In this document: positions 9,435 to 19,452 of the stretch, piece after piece | How the letters are laid out: each line of letters begins with the position of its first letter | Position numbering within the stretch: position 1 is the first letter of the stretch | Assembly (NCBI GenBank): GCA_902798645.1 | Contig: CADBXV010000002.1 | Coordinates: forward strand, 12,600 to 76,599 | Reading direction: 5' to 3' | Length of the DNA stretch: 64,000 bases | Origin: an uncultured bacterium | GTDB lineage: Bacteria > Cyanobacteriota > Vampirovibrionia > Gastranaerophilales > Gastranaerophilaceae | Program-made: the position numbers and the translations under genes | The notes under the pieces: generated by a model | Told to the model about the DNA's origin: nothing | Databases searched by the model: none | Seen by the model: only the letters and a program-made list of their open reading frames with translations

Positions 9435-9839
9435 GTGATAATAAGAAAATTTTTGATTTTTACAGTTTTATTTATGTTTCTTTTTCAACAAATTTCTTAT
9501 GGAGATGTTTTGAAAAAAACAATTATGATAGATTTAGATGGGGTATTAGATAATTATATCAACTATACAGATAAAATACCAAACATAAGAAAAGGAGCGA
9601 AAGAATTTATTAAAGAGTTATCAAAAGATTATGAATTGGTATTATTTACAACAAGAGATTCAAAACAAGCTGTTGAGTGGCTGCAATCAAATAAAATTGA
9701 TAAATATTTTAAAGATGTAACAAATGTAAAAAAACCTGCTTATATTTATATAGATGACAGGGGATTAAAATTCAATGGCGATTATAATGAAACATTGGAA
9801 GAAGTTGAAAGCTACAATGTATATTGGAAAGACTATTAA
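9435..9839 (+). CDS. HAD-superfamily phosphatase-like protein with an N-terminal hydrophobic leader
   Basis: Motif I IDLDGVL, then LFTTR and YIDDR; N-terminus FLIFTVLFMFLFQQISYG looks like a signal peptide; GTG start is uncertain. Confidence 0.5.
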   Translation: MIIRKFLIFTVLFMFLFQQISYGDVLKKTIMIDLDGVLDNYINYTDKIPNIRKGAKEFIKELSKDYELVLFTTRDSKQAVEWLQSNKIDKYFKDVTNVKKPAYIYIDDRGLKFNGDYNETLEEVESYNVYWKDY

Positions 9840-9913
9840 TATTAATCATATTAACGTATCAGCAGACTGTCGGCATTGTTATACTGACATTATCTGTAAA
9901 ATCTTATATTCAA

Positions 9914-11002
9914 TCACACTCGTTTATACCTGTCACCGTCGGTTTGTTCAATGAAACCTTCTACCTCCATCAAAGTTAAGGTTTTTAGTAATTCCTCCGT
10001 ATTAAAATTCGTTAATCCTTGAAGCTCATCAAAACTTTTCGGCTCAATGCTTATTATGTCAATAAGAGATTTATATTCGGCAGGAATTGTTGTTATTTCA
10101 ATGTCTTTATTTGCAACTTGTTTTACTTCCCAATTCAAAGCATTCAAAATATCTTCGCCTGAAGTTACCATTGTTGCACCATTTTTCAAAAGTTTATAAA
10201 CACCTTCAGTATTTTTATTATTAATAGCCCCGGGAATACACATAAGTTCCCTGCCTTGTTCCAATGTAAGATTTGCTGATATCAAAGCTCCGCTTTTTAA
10301 TGCAGCTTCTCCTACAACAGTACCGAATGAAAGCCCCGTTACAATTCTATTTCTTTGAGGGAATCTGAATTTAATCGGCTCAAAAGTCGGATAATATTCA
10401 GTAACAACTGCTCCGCATCCGTTTTCTAATTTCTCATACAAATCCTTGTTAGAAGAAGGATACTTAAAATCAAAACCGCTTGCTATTACACCGATTGTCT
10501 TTAAATTGTTTTCTATAGCACTTCTGTGTGCAGAAGCGTCAATACCTTCCGCAAGACCTGAAACTATGCAAATATCTGTATTTTTAAAATCGCTTATAAT
10601 TTTCCTTACACTATCTTTTCCGTTTGAACTTGCTTTTCTTGATCCCACAAAAGCGACAGTTCTATCTAAGTTGCAGGAAAGTAAATTACCTTTATAGTAC
10701 AAAACCGCAGGAGGATTATGTATTTCTTTAAGCATTTTAGGATAGCGTTCGTCATCAAATGTTATAACATTTATCTCACGTCTTTCCACTTCTTCATATG
10801 TTTTATCTAAATCAATTTTGTCACGCAAACGCAGAAATTCATCAAACATTTTTGAGTTAATTTCTATATTAATCCCATCCGTATCTTTCTTTGAACAATT
10901 AAATACTCGTTCAATATCTCCAAAATATTCATATAATGTTCGAATAAAATTGGAGCTTATTTGTTCAATTGAAGAAAGTGCAATCCAATATTTCTGTTTC
11001 AT
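9914..11002 (-). CDS. dprA: DNA-processing protein DprA (Smf)
   Basis: VAFVGSRKAS..IVSGLAEGIDA.AH...L....TIGV.A.G.D..YP..N..L Rossmann-like DprA core. Confidence 0.9.
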   Translation of the reverse strand: MKQKYWIALSSIEQISSNFIRTLYEYFGDIERVFNCSKKDTDGINIEINSKMFDEFLRLRDKIDLDKTYEEVERREINVITFDDERYPKMLKEIHNPPAVLYYKGNLLSCNLDRTVAFVGSRKASSNGKDSVRKIISDFKNTDICIVSGLAEGIDASAHRSAIENNLKTIGVIASGFDFKYPSSNKDLYEKLENGCGAVVTEYYPTFEPIKFRFPQRNRIVTGLSFGTVVGEAALKSGALISANLTLEQGRELMCIPGAINNKNTEGVYKLLKNGATMVTSGEDILNALNWEVKQVANKDIEITTIPAEYKSLIDIISIEPKSFDELQGLTNFNTEELLKTLTLMEVEGFIEQTDGDRYKRV

Positions 11003-11035
11003 CGTCTAATTATTTCACTAAAGCGTTTATACGTA

Positions 11036-11809
11036 TTATATCTTTGTCTTAACTCTATCAATCAACTTTTGAACACTGTCTTTTTCTTCTTGCGGAATAT
11101 CAAATTCCAAATAGTTTTCAAAGTATTCAACAGCATCATCATAGTCACCTCTTGCAAGGAATAAAATCCCGACTTTTTTATAAGCAAGAGTAAATTTATC
11201 ATTAACAGCGATTGCTTTTAAATAATTAGAAATAGCTTTGTCTATTTGATTATTGGCTTCATAAGCCTGCGCAAGCGCATAGTACAATAGTTCGTTATTT
11301 TGGTTTGCTTCATACGCAATAACATTTTCAAAGTTGTCTATAGCTGTTTCATAGTCGCCCAGTTCAAAATAAACATGCCCTAAATCATAATAAGCATCAT
11401 AATTTTCCGGTTCACCGTCCAGAACTCTTTCCAATTCAACTATTGCATCATCCCATCTTTGATCTTCAATATAAACTCTTGCCAATAAATGAGCGATAGT
11501 CAGATTGTCTTCTAATTCGTAGCTTCCCCTCTGCAATGTACCTACAGCAGATGCCAAATCACCGGCTTTGTAATATAAATCAGATAAATTAATATATGCT
11601 TGTGCAAGTTCCGGAGCCAATTCTATTGCTCTTATATAACATTTTTCCGAATGTTCAAAATCCCCGACACAAGAATAGGCAACACCCATATTATTATATA
11701 CGTCAGCATTATCTGGCTCCGTTTCTAATACGGAACTAAATGCATCAATACATTCTTTATATTTTTTTTCTTTAAAAAGGCTCATTGCCTTATCAATTTT
11801 CTCAGACAT
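11036..11809 (-). CDS. tetratricopeptide-repeat protein
   Basis: Repeated A..Y.N.G.AY...G....A...Y..A TPR units. Confidence 0.75.
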   Translation of the reverse strand: MSEKIDKAMSLFKEKKYKECIDAFSSVLETEPDNADVYNNMGVAYSCVGDFEHSEKCYIRAIELAPELAQAYINLSDLYYKAGDLASAVGTLQRGSYELEDNLTIAHLLARVYIEDQRWDDAIVELERVLDGEPENYDAYYDLGHVYFELGDYETAIDNFENVIAYEANQNNELLYYALAQAYEANNQIDKAISNYLKAIAVNDKFTLAYKKVGILFLARGDYDDAVEYFENYLEFDIPQEEKDSVQKLIDRVKTKI

Positions 11810-12768
11810 TATAAATCTCCGTCTTTCGTATCTATATTATGAATAATTGTTTTTACATTACCCTCTGCCGTAAAATCTTTTGGATTCATTGTCATTCTGA
11901 TTTTGTCTGCAATAATATCTTTTTCTTGTTGAATAATCTTAGAACGTCCTATAAAATATACCAGATTTGGTTTATTTGTCTTTGGGTCAGGGAATACACT
12001 GACTTTTGGACCTTGCGCATAATAATCATCATACCAAATTTTTACGTGACCGCTTCCTATATAAGAGTTTTGTCTTTTATGATATTGCTGATAATCAGAG
12101 TGTATTGTAAGTTTTTTACCGTCTTCTGAGATAGCGATTGTCTTAGTATTTCCTTCAACACTCATCTCATCAGTTAATGCATTGTATACAAAATGGTGTC
12201 CTTCTGATTCGTTCTGTTCTTGTTTAACCCTTGCATTTCCGAATAAATCAATCTTTTTGACACCGCCTTTTTCGTCAGCGATAATAACAGCTTTATCAGA
12301 ATAAGTATCTATATCTTTGTATTTCATTGTTACTGAACCTGTAGCAATCATTACACTGCTGTTTGTATCATATTCCTGAACATCAGCATTGATTACAATA
12401 ATAGGCGTATTACCTTCAGTAATAACAGATTGAGTTTCACCTTCCGCTCTGACAACTTTGTTTATCAAAGAAACTTGCAAAATATTTGACTTTACTTCTC
12501 TTTTCTTATTTCCGTTAATTTCAACCGCAAAAGGTTTATTGTAAAAAGTTGCTGTATCAAGTTTATTGTTACGACGTATAGATATGTCTGCAGTGTCACT
12601 TTGGATAGTCAAATTGTCAAGCTTTACTTTAACATCGCCGTCTAATTTGATTTTATGTTCTGAATCAGCAAATGCTTGTGTTTTTGATTCAATTTCCAAA
12701 TCTGAAGCAATTACACCCAGACCTGTAATTGATAACAATATTCCACATATTATTAAAAACTTTTTCAT
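11809..12768 (-). CDS. LptA/OstA-like periplasmic protein, about twice normal LptA length
   Basis: Signal peptide; beta-rich repeats with GNV/GNA..V patterns typical of OstA_N jellyrolls; adjacent to the LptC-like gene. Confidence 0.5.
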   Translation of the reverse strand: MKKFLIICGILLSITGLGVIASDLEIESKTQAFADSEHKIKLDGDVKVKLDNLTIQSDTADISIRRNNKLDTATFYNKPFAVEINGNKKREVKSNILQVSLINKVVRAEGETQSVITEGNTPIIVINADVQEYDTNSSVMIATGSVTMKYKDIDTYSDKAVIIADEKGGVKKIDLFGNARVKQEQNESEGHHFVYNALTDEMSVEGNTKTIAISEDGKKLTIHSDYQQYHKRQNSYIGSGHVKIWYDDYYAQGPKVSVFPDPKTNKPNLVYFIGRSKIIQQEKDIIADKIRMTMNPKDFTAEGNVKTIIHNIDTKDGDL

Positions 12769-12783
12769 TTTTACCCTTTCTGC

Positions 12784-13407
12784 TTATATCTTTTTATCTT
12801 TACTAAAAACTTGTGTTTTAGTTTTGCCTACAATTTTAATTTTATTGTAACCTGCGCTTATAATACATTTGTCTGCAGTAGATTTCATTTCTTCACCTTT
12901 TTGGATTGCAACATTCCCTTCTGCAATCGTTTCTTTGTCACTTCCTGACCAAACAAGCTTATCTGTTTTTAATGAGATACCGTCTTTTAAAACAATGTAT
13001 GTGTTATCAAATAAAGTTATAACACCCGTATTCTCGTTGTATGTTCCTTTTGAAGATTGAAAACTCATTGAAACTTCGTTGTCTTTATAAAAATTGCCGA
13101 TAACATTATGTAACGTAGCGATACTGTGGTCGTTACTGTAATGTCCTGTTTCTCCGTATATTTCGAAATATTTTTTTTCTTCTTTTGTTTCTGTAATAAT
13201 CACACCTATTGCATCAACTTTTTGGTCGTCTTGTTTGCCCTTGATTTGTGAACGGTTAAAATTTGATGTAATTACACCTGCCGATATAAATGCCCAAAGC
13301 ATTACAAAAACAACACCGGCAATAGCTAATGTGTACGCTTGTTTTTTTCTGTCCAGACTCTTAAATTTCTCGTATAAACTTTTTAGATATTTTTTAAGTT
13401 TTTCCAT
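12784..13407 (-). CDS. LptC-like membrane-anchored protein
   Basis: Single N-terminal TM followed by an OstA/LptC-like beta domain (..AEGNVAIQKGE..); position upstream of the lptA-like gene. Confidence 0.45.
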   Translation of the reverse strand: MEKLKKYLKSLYEKFKSLDRKKQAYTLAIAGVVFVMLWAFISAGVITSNFNRSQIKGKQDDQKVDAIGVIITETKEEKKYFEIYGETGHYSNDHSIATLHNVIGNFYKDNEVSMSFQSSKGTYNENTGVITLFDNTYIVLKDGISLKTDKLVWSGSDKETIAEGNVAIQKGEEMKSTADKCIISAGYNKIKIVGKTKTQVFSKDKKI

Positions 13408-13456
13408 AGCATTATTTTACCACATAATTTGTTTATATAACAAAATTATATTCTTC

Positions 13457-13485
13457 TTGTAAAAAAAATTTTGATATTGTATAAT
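13457..13485 (+). promoter_or_regulatory. sigma-70-type promoter
   Basis: TTGTAA, 17-nt spacer, TATAAT; 22 nt upstream of the ATG at 13508. Confidence 0.55.
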
Positions 13486-13507
13486 GTAACCGAAAAGGAT
13501 TAGGAAT

Positions 13508-13948
13508 ATGTCAGATATATCGGATTTAAGTTCTGTAATACAGAATTCACTGCTCTTAACAACTGTTAATAATACGCCTGCAAAAGAAGAAAACGGTAAC
13601 ATAAAAAATCAACTTAATGTCTTACCGTCAGTTCTTGATGAAAATACTTTAACAAAGCTAAAAAACGGCGAATATGAAATATCGTTAAAAGAGTATACAA
13701 ATATGAACACGTATAATACAATGATGACTGCATTATATGGGAATAAATCCGCTAATACATTCCAAAACACTTTAAACTTTCTGACAAATTCTCCCGAAGA
13801 CAGATTGGCAACTGCAAAGTCATTTGTAAAATCAATGAAAGATAATGGTATGTCTACGGAAAAAGCAGTCAGAACATACACTGCACTTCAGAAATATTCA
13901 TTAATGTCATCTTTTGGCAATTATAATTTTATTAAAGCAAGTGCATAG
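13508..13948 (+). CDS. hypothetical protein (146 aa)
   Basis: ORF with promoter and AAGGA RBS; no motif recognised. Confidence 0.5.
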   Translation: MSDISDLSSVIQNSLLLTTVNNTPAKEENGNIKNQLNVLPSVLDENTLTKLKNGEYEISLKEYTNMNTYNTMMTALYGNKSANTFQNTLNFLTNSPEDRLATAKSFVKSMKDNGMSTEKAVRTYTALQKYSLMSSFGNYNFIKASA

Positions 13949-14018
13949 CAAATTATTTTTTTACGTATTTTTGTGTATAATATAGATGTAAAATATAGAA
14001 AATGAGGTCTAATAAAAA

Positions 14019-15251
14019 ATGAAAAAGATTGTTATTTGTACATTCCTAATTGCAGCAGGAGCTGCTACACTGTTGAATATCAACAACAAAATTGAAACAA
14101 AAGCCCCAGAATTTGCACTTAGAAATTCTTACGCAATGACTCTTGGTTATGATAAATCAATGAGCGAAAAAACTATTAAAGCTGCTGTTATTGACAGCTA
14201 CTTTAGAAACATTGCAAAAAACGGAAAAATTATCAGATGGAATCGTTCAACATTCCCGTTAAGAGTTTATGTCCAAGATTCTGCTGATGTTCCCGAATAC
14301 TACAGAGAAGTTGTAATGAGTGCATATCAAACTTGGCAAAGAGCAAGTGAAGGTCTTGTAAGTTTTGAATTTGTTGAAAATGCTAATGATGCAGATATGA
14401 AATGCTATTTTAAAAACACTGATAACAAAAAATCTATAGGTGTACACGCATTTACAATAAACGGAAGTAAAATTACAGCATCTACAATTGTCTTTAATAA
14501 ACAAGATGCAAAAGGACACAGTTTAGACTCTAAACAACTGTATGCATCGGCTTTACAAGAGATTGGACATTCTTTAGGTTTAACCGGTGCAAGCCAAAGC
14601 ATTTATGATGTTATGTATCCGGTTGGAACAAAATTTAATACAGAGATTACTCCTCGTGACTTAAAAACGTTAGCACTAGTATACGCTGTTAAACCTGACG
14701 TTACAAATGCTGTATTAACTTCTACAGAACAATCTAAGTTATTTACTGTATCAGAGATTTTAAATACTCTAAATGTTCCAGTAACAAATGATACAAAAAA
14801 TCTTGACCAGATTGTTGCTTCTGATACATCTACTCATTTGGCTCTTGCAGAACAATACAGACGTCGTGCCGAATATGATAAAGCAGCAAGAGAATATCAA
14901 GCTGTTGCTCAAACAAAATCAGACAGAAGAAGTAAATCGGAAGTATATTATGAAATTGCCGTTATGTATTTGGATGCGGAAGAATTTGATAATGCAAAAA
15001 GTTGTGCTGAAATTGCAATGGCAACAGACGAAAATGATTTGACAGACACACTTCCTGCTCTGATTGATTATTATACAAAACGTTCTAATTCAGCTATTGA
15101 ACAGTTGGAAACCATTTTGAAACATAATCCTTATAACAAACATGCATATAAACTTCTTTGTCAAATATACAGAGATAAACACCACGAAAATCTATTAAAT
15201 GCAACAATTCGTAAATACGGAAAAACTGCAGGCGAAGAAGAAGAACTGTAA
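14019..15251 (+). CDS. secreted matrixin (M10)-like domain protein with a degenerate zinc site and C-terminal TPR region
   Basis: Signal peptide; LQEIGHSLGLTG...DVMYP aligns to HExxHxxGxxH...Met-turn, but the first and third His are Gln and Gly. Confidence 0.55.
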   Translation: MKKIVICTFLIAAGAATLLNINNKIETKAPEFALRNSYAMTLGYDKSMSEKTIKAAVIDSYFRNIAKNGKIIRWNRSTFPLRVYVQDSADVPEYYREVVMSAYQTWQRASEGLVSFEFVENANDADMKCYFKNTDNKKSIGVHAFTINGSKITASTIVFNKQDAKGHSLDSKQLYASALQEIGHSLGLTGASQSIYDVMYPVGTKFNTEITPRDLKTLALVYAVKPDVTNAVLTSTEQSKLFTVSEILNTLNVPVTNDTKNLDQIVASDTSTHLALAEQYRRRAEYDKAAREYQAVAQTKSDRRSKSEVYYEIAVMYLDAEEFDNAKSCAEIAMATDENDLTDTLPALIDYYTKRSNSAIEQLETILKHNPYNKHAYKLLCQIYRDKHHENLLNATIRKYGKTAGEEEEL

Positions 15252-15272
15252 AAAAACAGCAATATAACAAAC

Positions 15273-15308
15273 AGAAATGGCAGTTTTTGTTTAAAAACTG
15301 CCATTTCT
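15273..15308 (+). terminator. intrinsic terminator
   Basis: 16-bp stem AGAAATGGCAGTTTTT / AAAAACTGCCATTTCT. Confidence 0.6.
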
Positions 15309-15322
15309 CTGTTTATTACCAT

Positions 15323-15350
15323 ATAGATTTACCCCCATAGATTTACCCCC
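15323..15350. repeat. perfect tandem duplication of a 14-mer
   Basis: ATAGATTTACCCCC twice; 27 nt upstream of the ATG at 15378. Confidence 0.9.
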
Positions 15351-15377
15351 GAAATTTTTTAGTTTATAATTCTGAGT

Positions 15378-18134
15378 ATGAAAGAAAGAGCTAAAACGAC
15401 AATAACATATATCGCAATTTTTTGTTCCATCATACTTGCGAGTATAAGTATCATATATAAATGGGGGCTGCCTGCCATTGTAAACAGCACTAAGACTGCA
15501 AACTTTATTGAAAATCAGGCTAAAAATATACTTGGAGCAAATATTAATATAGAAGGTGCAAAACTAAAGACCGGTTTAGATATTGCATTTACAATTGATA
15601 AATTTACTATAGATAAAAATGGAATTAATTACCTTACTTTATCTGATATAGATACTCTTTTTTCTGTCAAGCAGATTTATAAAAAAACAATTGTTGTAAA
15701 AAAAATGCTGGCTAAAGATATTTATGCGGATATATACAATTTGTCAAAATTAATTCCTAGCAAAGAAAAAAAGAAAAAGAAAAAAACATCTCCTATAAAG
15801 CTTGATTTTTATAACACTCTTTTGGGTGTAAAAAATGTTACCGCAATTTATAAATCTCCGGACTTGCAATGTGATATAAATGCAAAACATGCAATATTTG
15901 ACAGGACAAATGAGAGAAAATATCTTCATTTGGATTTTGATATCAATTTGCAAAAAGACGGACATAAAATTTATATTTCCGCAAATGACCAAAACCGTAT
16001 TTTTATGGAAAATCACGTTGCGTACATAAAGGATTTTCCTATTATTATTGAAAAATCTAATATTGTTATTAATGCTTATATGACAAACAAGGGTAAATAC
16101 GAATTAGGCATTACAGCAAAAAACTTTAGCGCAAAAGATATAGCAGATATTGTTAGTTCAAATTTGATTGTTCTAAACGGAAGTAAATTACTTGAGCCGG
16201 TAAAAGATATTAATGGTTCAGTTAATTTTGACGTTAAACTAATAAAAAGTGTTTTAACCGGAAGTATAGATGTTAATGATGTTAACTTTAAAGTAAAACC
16301 TCTTCTCAATATGCCTGTAAAAATCACTAAAGGTCATGTTGATATCGGAGAAAAAGATATTACATACAAAGATTTTGAAGGATTTTATAACAACAAGAAA
16401 GTTAACACACTTTCTTTAAAAGGAACGACAAAGGATTATCAAAAAACTTGTGAAACAAAAATTGATTCTGATATTTTTGTTACAAATGACTTTTTTGTAA
16501 ATTATCTGTCAAAAATGCTCGGTTCATCAATAGAACTTGTCGGAGATTCAATGTCAAAACTGATTTTAAAATCTAAAGGTAGTTCTGTAGATGTTTTATG
16601 GTTCTTTTTGTTGAAAGAAAAACATGGTTTTAAATTCGGAAGTCAATCCATGGTATTGAACGATTATAAAACTTTCTTCAAAGTTGATTTGAGTATCATA
16701 AAAAATATACTTAAAATAAATACAATAAATTACCATATTGCAAAAGAATTACATCGGGGAATGACACCTTTGATACAAATAGACGGCAATATTGATATGG
16801 CAGATAATATGAAGATTATCAACCTAAATTTAAATATGCCTCGTCCGCTTCCGAGTGAATTTTTAAACTTTCTGACATGCCAGAAAATATTTAAAAAAGG
16901 TAATGTATCAGGAAATTTACATATTGAAAATCAAGGTAAATTCCCGATAATGCTCGGAGAGTTTACTTTAGATAAGGTTATAATACCGGCTCAAAGATTA
17001 TTCATACGTTCTGCTAAATTAAAAGCATCTGGAGATAAAATAAAACTTTTATCAGAAGGACGTTTTAGACGTGAACAGTATAAATTTGACGGCACAATTT
17101 TAAACGAACTAAGACTGCCTATTATTGTTAAAGATGTTAATTTGACTCTTGATAATATAGATGTAGAAAAAGTTTTAACATCAAATAGCGGAGATAATAC
17201 TGAAGAAAATGCAAAAAATACATTAATATCGTCCGGTGCGGAAAATGAAGAAGATTCTGATATAATACCGCCTTTCCAAAAAGGTTTAATTGTCATTGAA
17301 AAATGTTCGCTTAACTTGCTAAAAGGAATATATAAAGAGATTCTATTTGGGAATATTCATGCCGATATGACACTTGATAAGAATGGTATATTAAATTTAA
17401 AATCAAACAGATTTGATATTGCAGACGGTATATCGACCTTAAAAGTTGATGCGGATTTGGTTAACAGAAAGTTCCATTTCAGACTGGGTGTCAAAGATGT
17501 TGATTCTAATATTATGGCAACATCCATTCTGGGTTTACCACGCCAAATAAGCGGAAAAGCAAAAGGATTACTGGATTTAAACACAGACAAAACTTTAAAA
17601 TTAAACGGTGATATTAAATTTAATGTAAAGGACGGTACAATCGGTCAGGTAGGATACGTCGAATACATATTAAAAGTTGCATCTTTGTTCAGGAATCCGC
17701 TTGCAATGATTAGTCCTTCAATGCTGGCAGATTTGGTTTCGGTTCCTGACGGAAGGTTTGATGACATATCGGGAGAAATGAAACTGGAAGATAATATAAT
17801 AAAATGGATGAAAATTAAATCTACTGCACCTGAACTTGCAACATTTATTATAGGAAGATATGACCTAACGACCAATGATGCAATGCTTAGAATTTATACA
17901 AAATTTTCAGACAAGGGTAAAGGGTTTGCCGGATTTTTAAGAAATATCTCACTAAATTCTCTTGCTTCAAAATTATCTATAGGCGCAAGGAATGAAAGCA
18001 ATTATTATGCAAATGAAATTTCTATGATTCCGAAACTTGAAAGCGGAGAAGAAAGAGCACAGGTATTTTTAACAAAAATTGACGGAGATATTATTAATTA
18101 TAACTTTTTATCATCGCTAAAAAGAATTAGATAA
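15378..18134 (+). CDS. large N-terminally anchored envelope protein, AsmA/TamB-like
   Basis: Single N-terminal TM, 918 aa, beta-rich, with no other motif; assignment rests on architecture only. Confidence 0.4.
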   Translation: MKERAKTTITYIAIFCSIILASISIIYKWGLPAIVNSTKTANFIENQAKNILGANINIEGAKLKTGLDIAFTIDKFTIDKNGINYLTLSDIDTLFSVKQIYKKTIVVKKMLAKDIYADIYNLSKLIPSKEKKKKKKTSPIKLDFYNTLLGVKNVTAIYKSPDLQCDINAKHAIFDRTNERKYLHLDFDINLQKDGHKIYISANDQNRIFMENHVAYIKDFPIIIEKSNIVINAYMTNKGKYELGITAKNFSAKDIADIVSSNLIVLNGSKLLEPVKDINGSVNFDVKLIKSVLTGSIDVNDVNFKVKPLLNMPVKITKGHVDIGEKDITYKDFEGFYNNKKVNTLSLKGTTKDYQKTCETKIDSDIFVTNDFFVNYLSKMLGSSIELVGDSMSKLILKSKGSSVDVLWFFLLKEKHGFKFGSQSMVLNDYKTFFKVDLSIIKNILKINTINYHIAKELHRGMTPLIQIDGNIDMADNMKIINLNLNMPRPLPSEFLNFLTCQKIFKKGNVSGNLHIENQGKFPIMLGEFTLDKVIIPAQRLFIRSAKLKASGDKIKLLSEGRFRREQYKFDGTILNELRLPIIVKDVNLTLDNIDVEKVLTSNSGDNTEENAKNTLISSGAENEEDSDIIPPFQKGLIVIEKCSLNLLKGIYKEILFGNIHADMTLDKNGILNLKSNRFDIADGISTLKVDADLVNRKFHFRLGVKDVDSNIMATSILGLPRQISGKAKGLLDLNTDKTLKLNGDIKFNVKDGTIGQVGYVEYILKVASLFRNPLAMISPSMLADLVSVPDGRFDDISGEMKLEDNIIKWMKIKSTAPELATFIIGRYDLTTNDAMLRIYTKFSDKGKGFAGFLRNISLNSLASKLSIGARNESNYYANEISMIPKLESGEERAQVFLTKIDGDIINYNFLSSLKRIR

Positions 18135-18135
18135 A

Positions 18136-19452
18136 CTATGTTCTTATAACATACCGGTTAGTTTTTCTAATTACTGAATAAGTTTTTTTATTAATACCTG
18201 ATTCTTTTAGTATTTTTTTTATTCTGTCATATAACTTAAGAGTTATTATTATATTATCATATTCCAAACTTTTTAATTCATCCGGCTTAAAGGTTTTAAG
18301 CCCGCAGAATTCTTTTTCATCAGTTCTCTCAAATCGTTTGTCTGCAATTCCTGCTATATTGAACTTTGATAAATCATAATTTTCCAAAATCGTTTCGGAA
18401 ATAATGCCTGCACCATATAATAAAACCTTCTTACCTTTTAATTTTTTTGATAGTTTATCAAGGTATTTTTGTTCTGAAATACAGTCAAAATAATCCAGCC
18501 ATTGTTTTTTAGACCGAATCTCATAGAATTTATAATTTTTTAAAGATAAATTAACACTTAAAAATGCAAATATAAATTTTAATTTTTGCGATAAATTCAA
18601 AACTCTGAAAATTTGTGAAAAATTATATCTGTAATTATTATAATTTATTTTATTTTTAACCATTACAGTCTTAAAAAGATCTGATAAAGATTTGTGGTAA
18701 TGTCTTGCACCGTCAATAATCTCTCTGCGTTTTGTTCTATCTTTTACAAGCTCTACCGTACTAAAATACCCGACTGACCAAAAAATATTTCTTCTTGCCT
18801 CCGACAAATCATTAATATCATTACCCCTGACAAATGATGTATCGTGTTCCGGATTTATACCGGAATAAACAATATCTTTTGATGGAATATAAATAGATTT
18901 ATTATGATTTATAACCTGCGCAGTTATTGCAAGATGCGGAAAAAGAAATTTTATATAGTCATAAATATTTTCTGCTACAGTATCTGTTATCAAATCAGTT
19001 TTATAAATACAACCGGAAACTAATGTTGCCGTATAAAAAATATCCGAAACAGAATTATTGCAAGTTCTTGTATATATTAAATCATAGTTTTCATCTGCTG
19101 CTTTTTTTATCTCATTCCAAACAGACCAATCATAGCTGTCATTATCACATAATACCCATACATATTGTTTTAAAGGTACTTCAACAAGTGCTTTTGCAAT
19201 ATTGGCACAACCGCCTATATTCTTACGATTTATAATATGTTTAATATTTTGATATTTGTAACAATACTCATTTATAAGCTCTGTTGTACCGTCTGTTGAG
19301 GCATTATTTAAAATTGTTATATCAAAATCTTTTATTGGTGAATTAGGCGCAAAAACCTGCACTAAAGTTTTTTCCAATAACTCTTTACGATTATAAGTAA
19401 TTAATACAATATCAAGTTTATCTTTAAGACTCATAAGTTCATCCAATATCAT
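18136..19452 (-). CDS. family 2 glycosyltransferase with a C-terminal Rossmann-like extension
   Basis: IVLITYNRKELLEKTL...NNASTDGT GT2 signature. Confidence 0.7.
   Translation of the reverse strand: MILDELMSLKDKLDIVLITYNRKELLEKTLVQVFAPNSPIKDFDITILNNASTDGTTELINEYCYKYQNIKHIINRKNIGGCANIAKALVEVPLKQYVWVLCDNDSYDWSVWNEIKKAADENYDLIYTRTCNNSVSDIFYTATLVSGCIYKTDLITDTVAENIYDYIKFLFPHLAITAQVINHNKSIYIPSKDIVYSGINPEHDTSFVRGNDINDLSEARRNIFWSVGYFSTVELVKDRTKRREIIDGARHYHKSLSDLFKTVMVKNKINYNNYRYNFSQIFRVLNLSQKLKFIFAFLSVNLSLKNYKFYEIRSKKQWLDYFDCISEQKYLDKLSKKLKGKKVLLYGAGIISETILENYDLSKFNIAGIADKRFERTDEKEFCGLKTFKPDELKSLEYDNIIITLKLYDRIKKILKESGINKKTYSVIRKTNRYVIRT

Noticed and set aside
15764-15790. A-rich tract (AAAGAAAAAAAGAAAAAGAAAAAAA) encoding KKKKKK in the AsmA-like gene as a phase-variation slippage site
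   Set aside because: The A runs are interrupted (7, 5 and 7 nt) and lie well inside the ORF. Lys-rich linkers are common in AT-rich genomes, and nothing suggests length variation from a single sequence.
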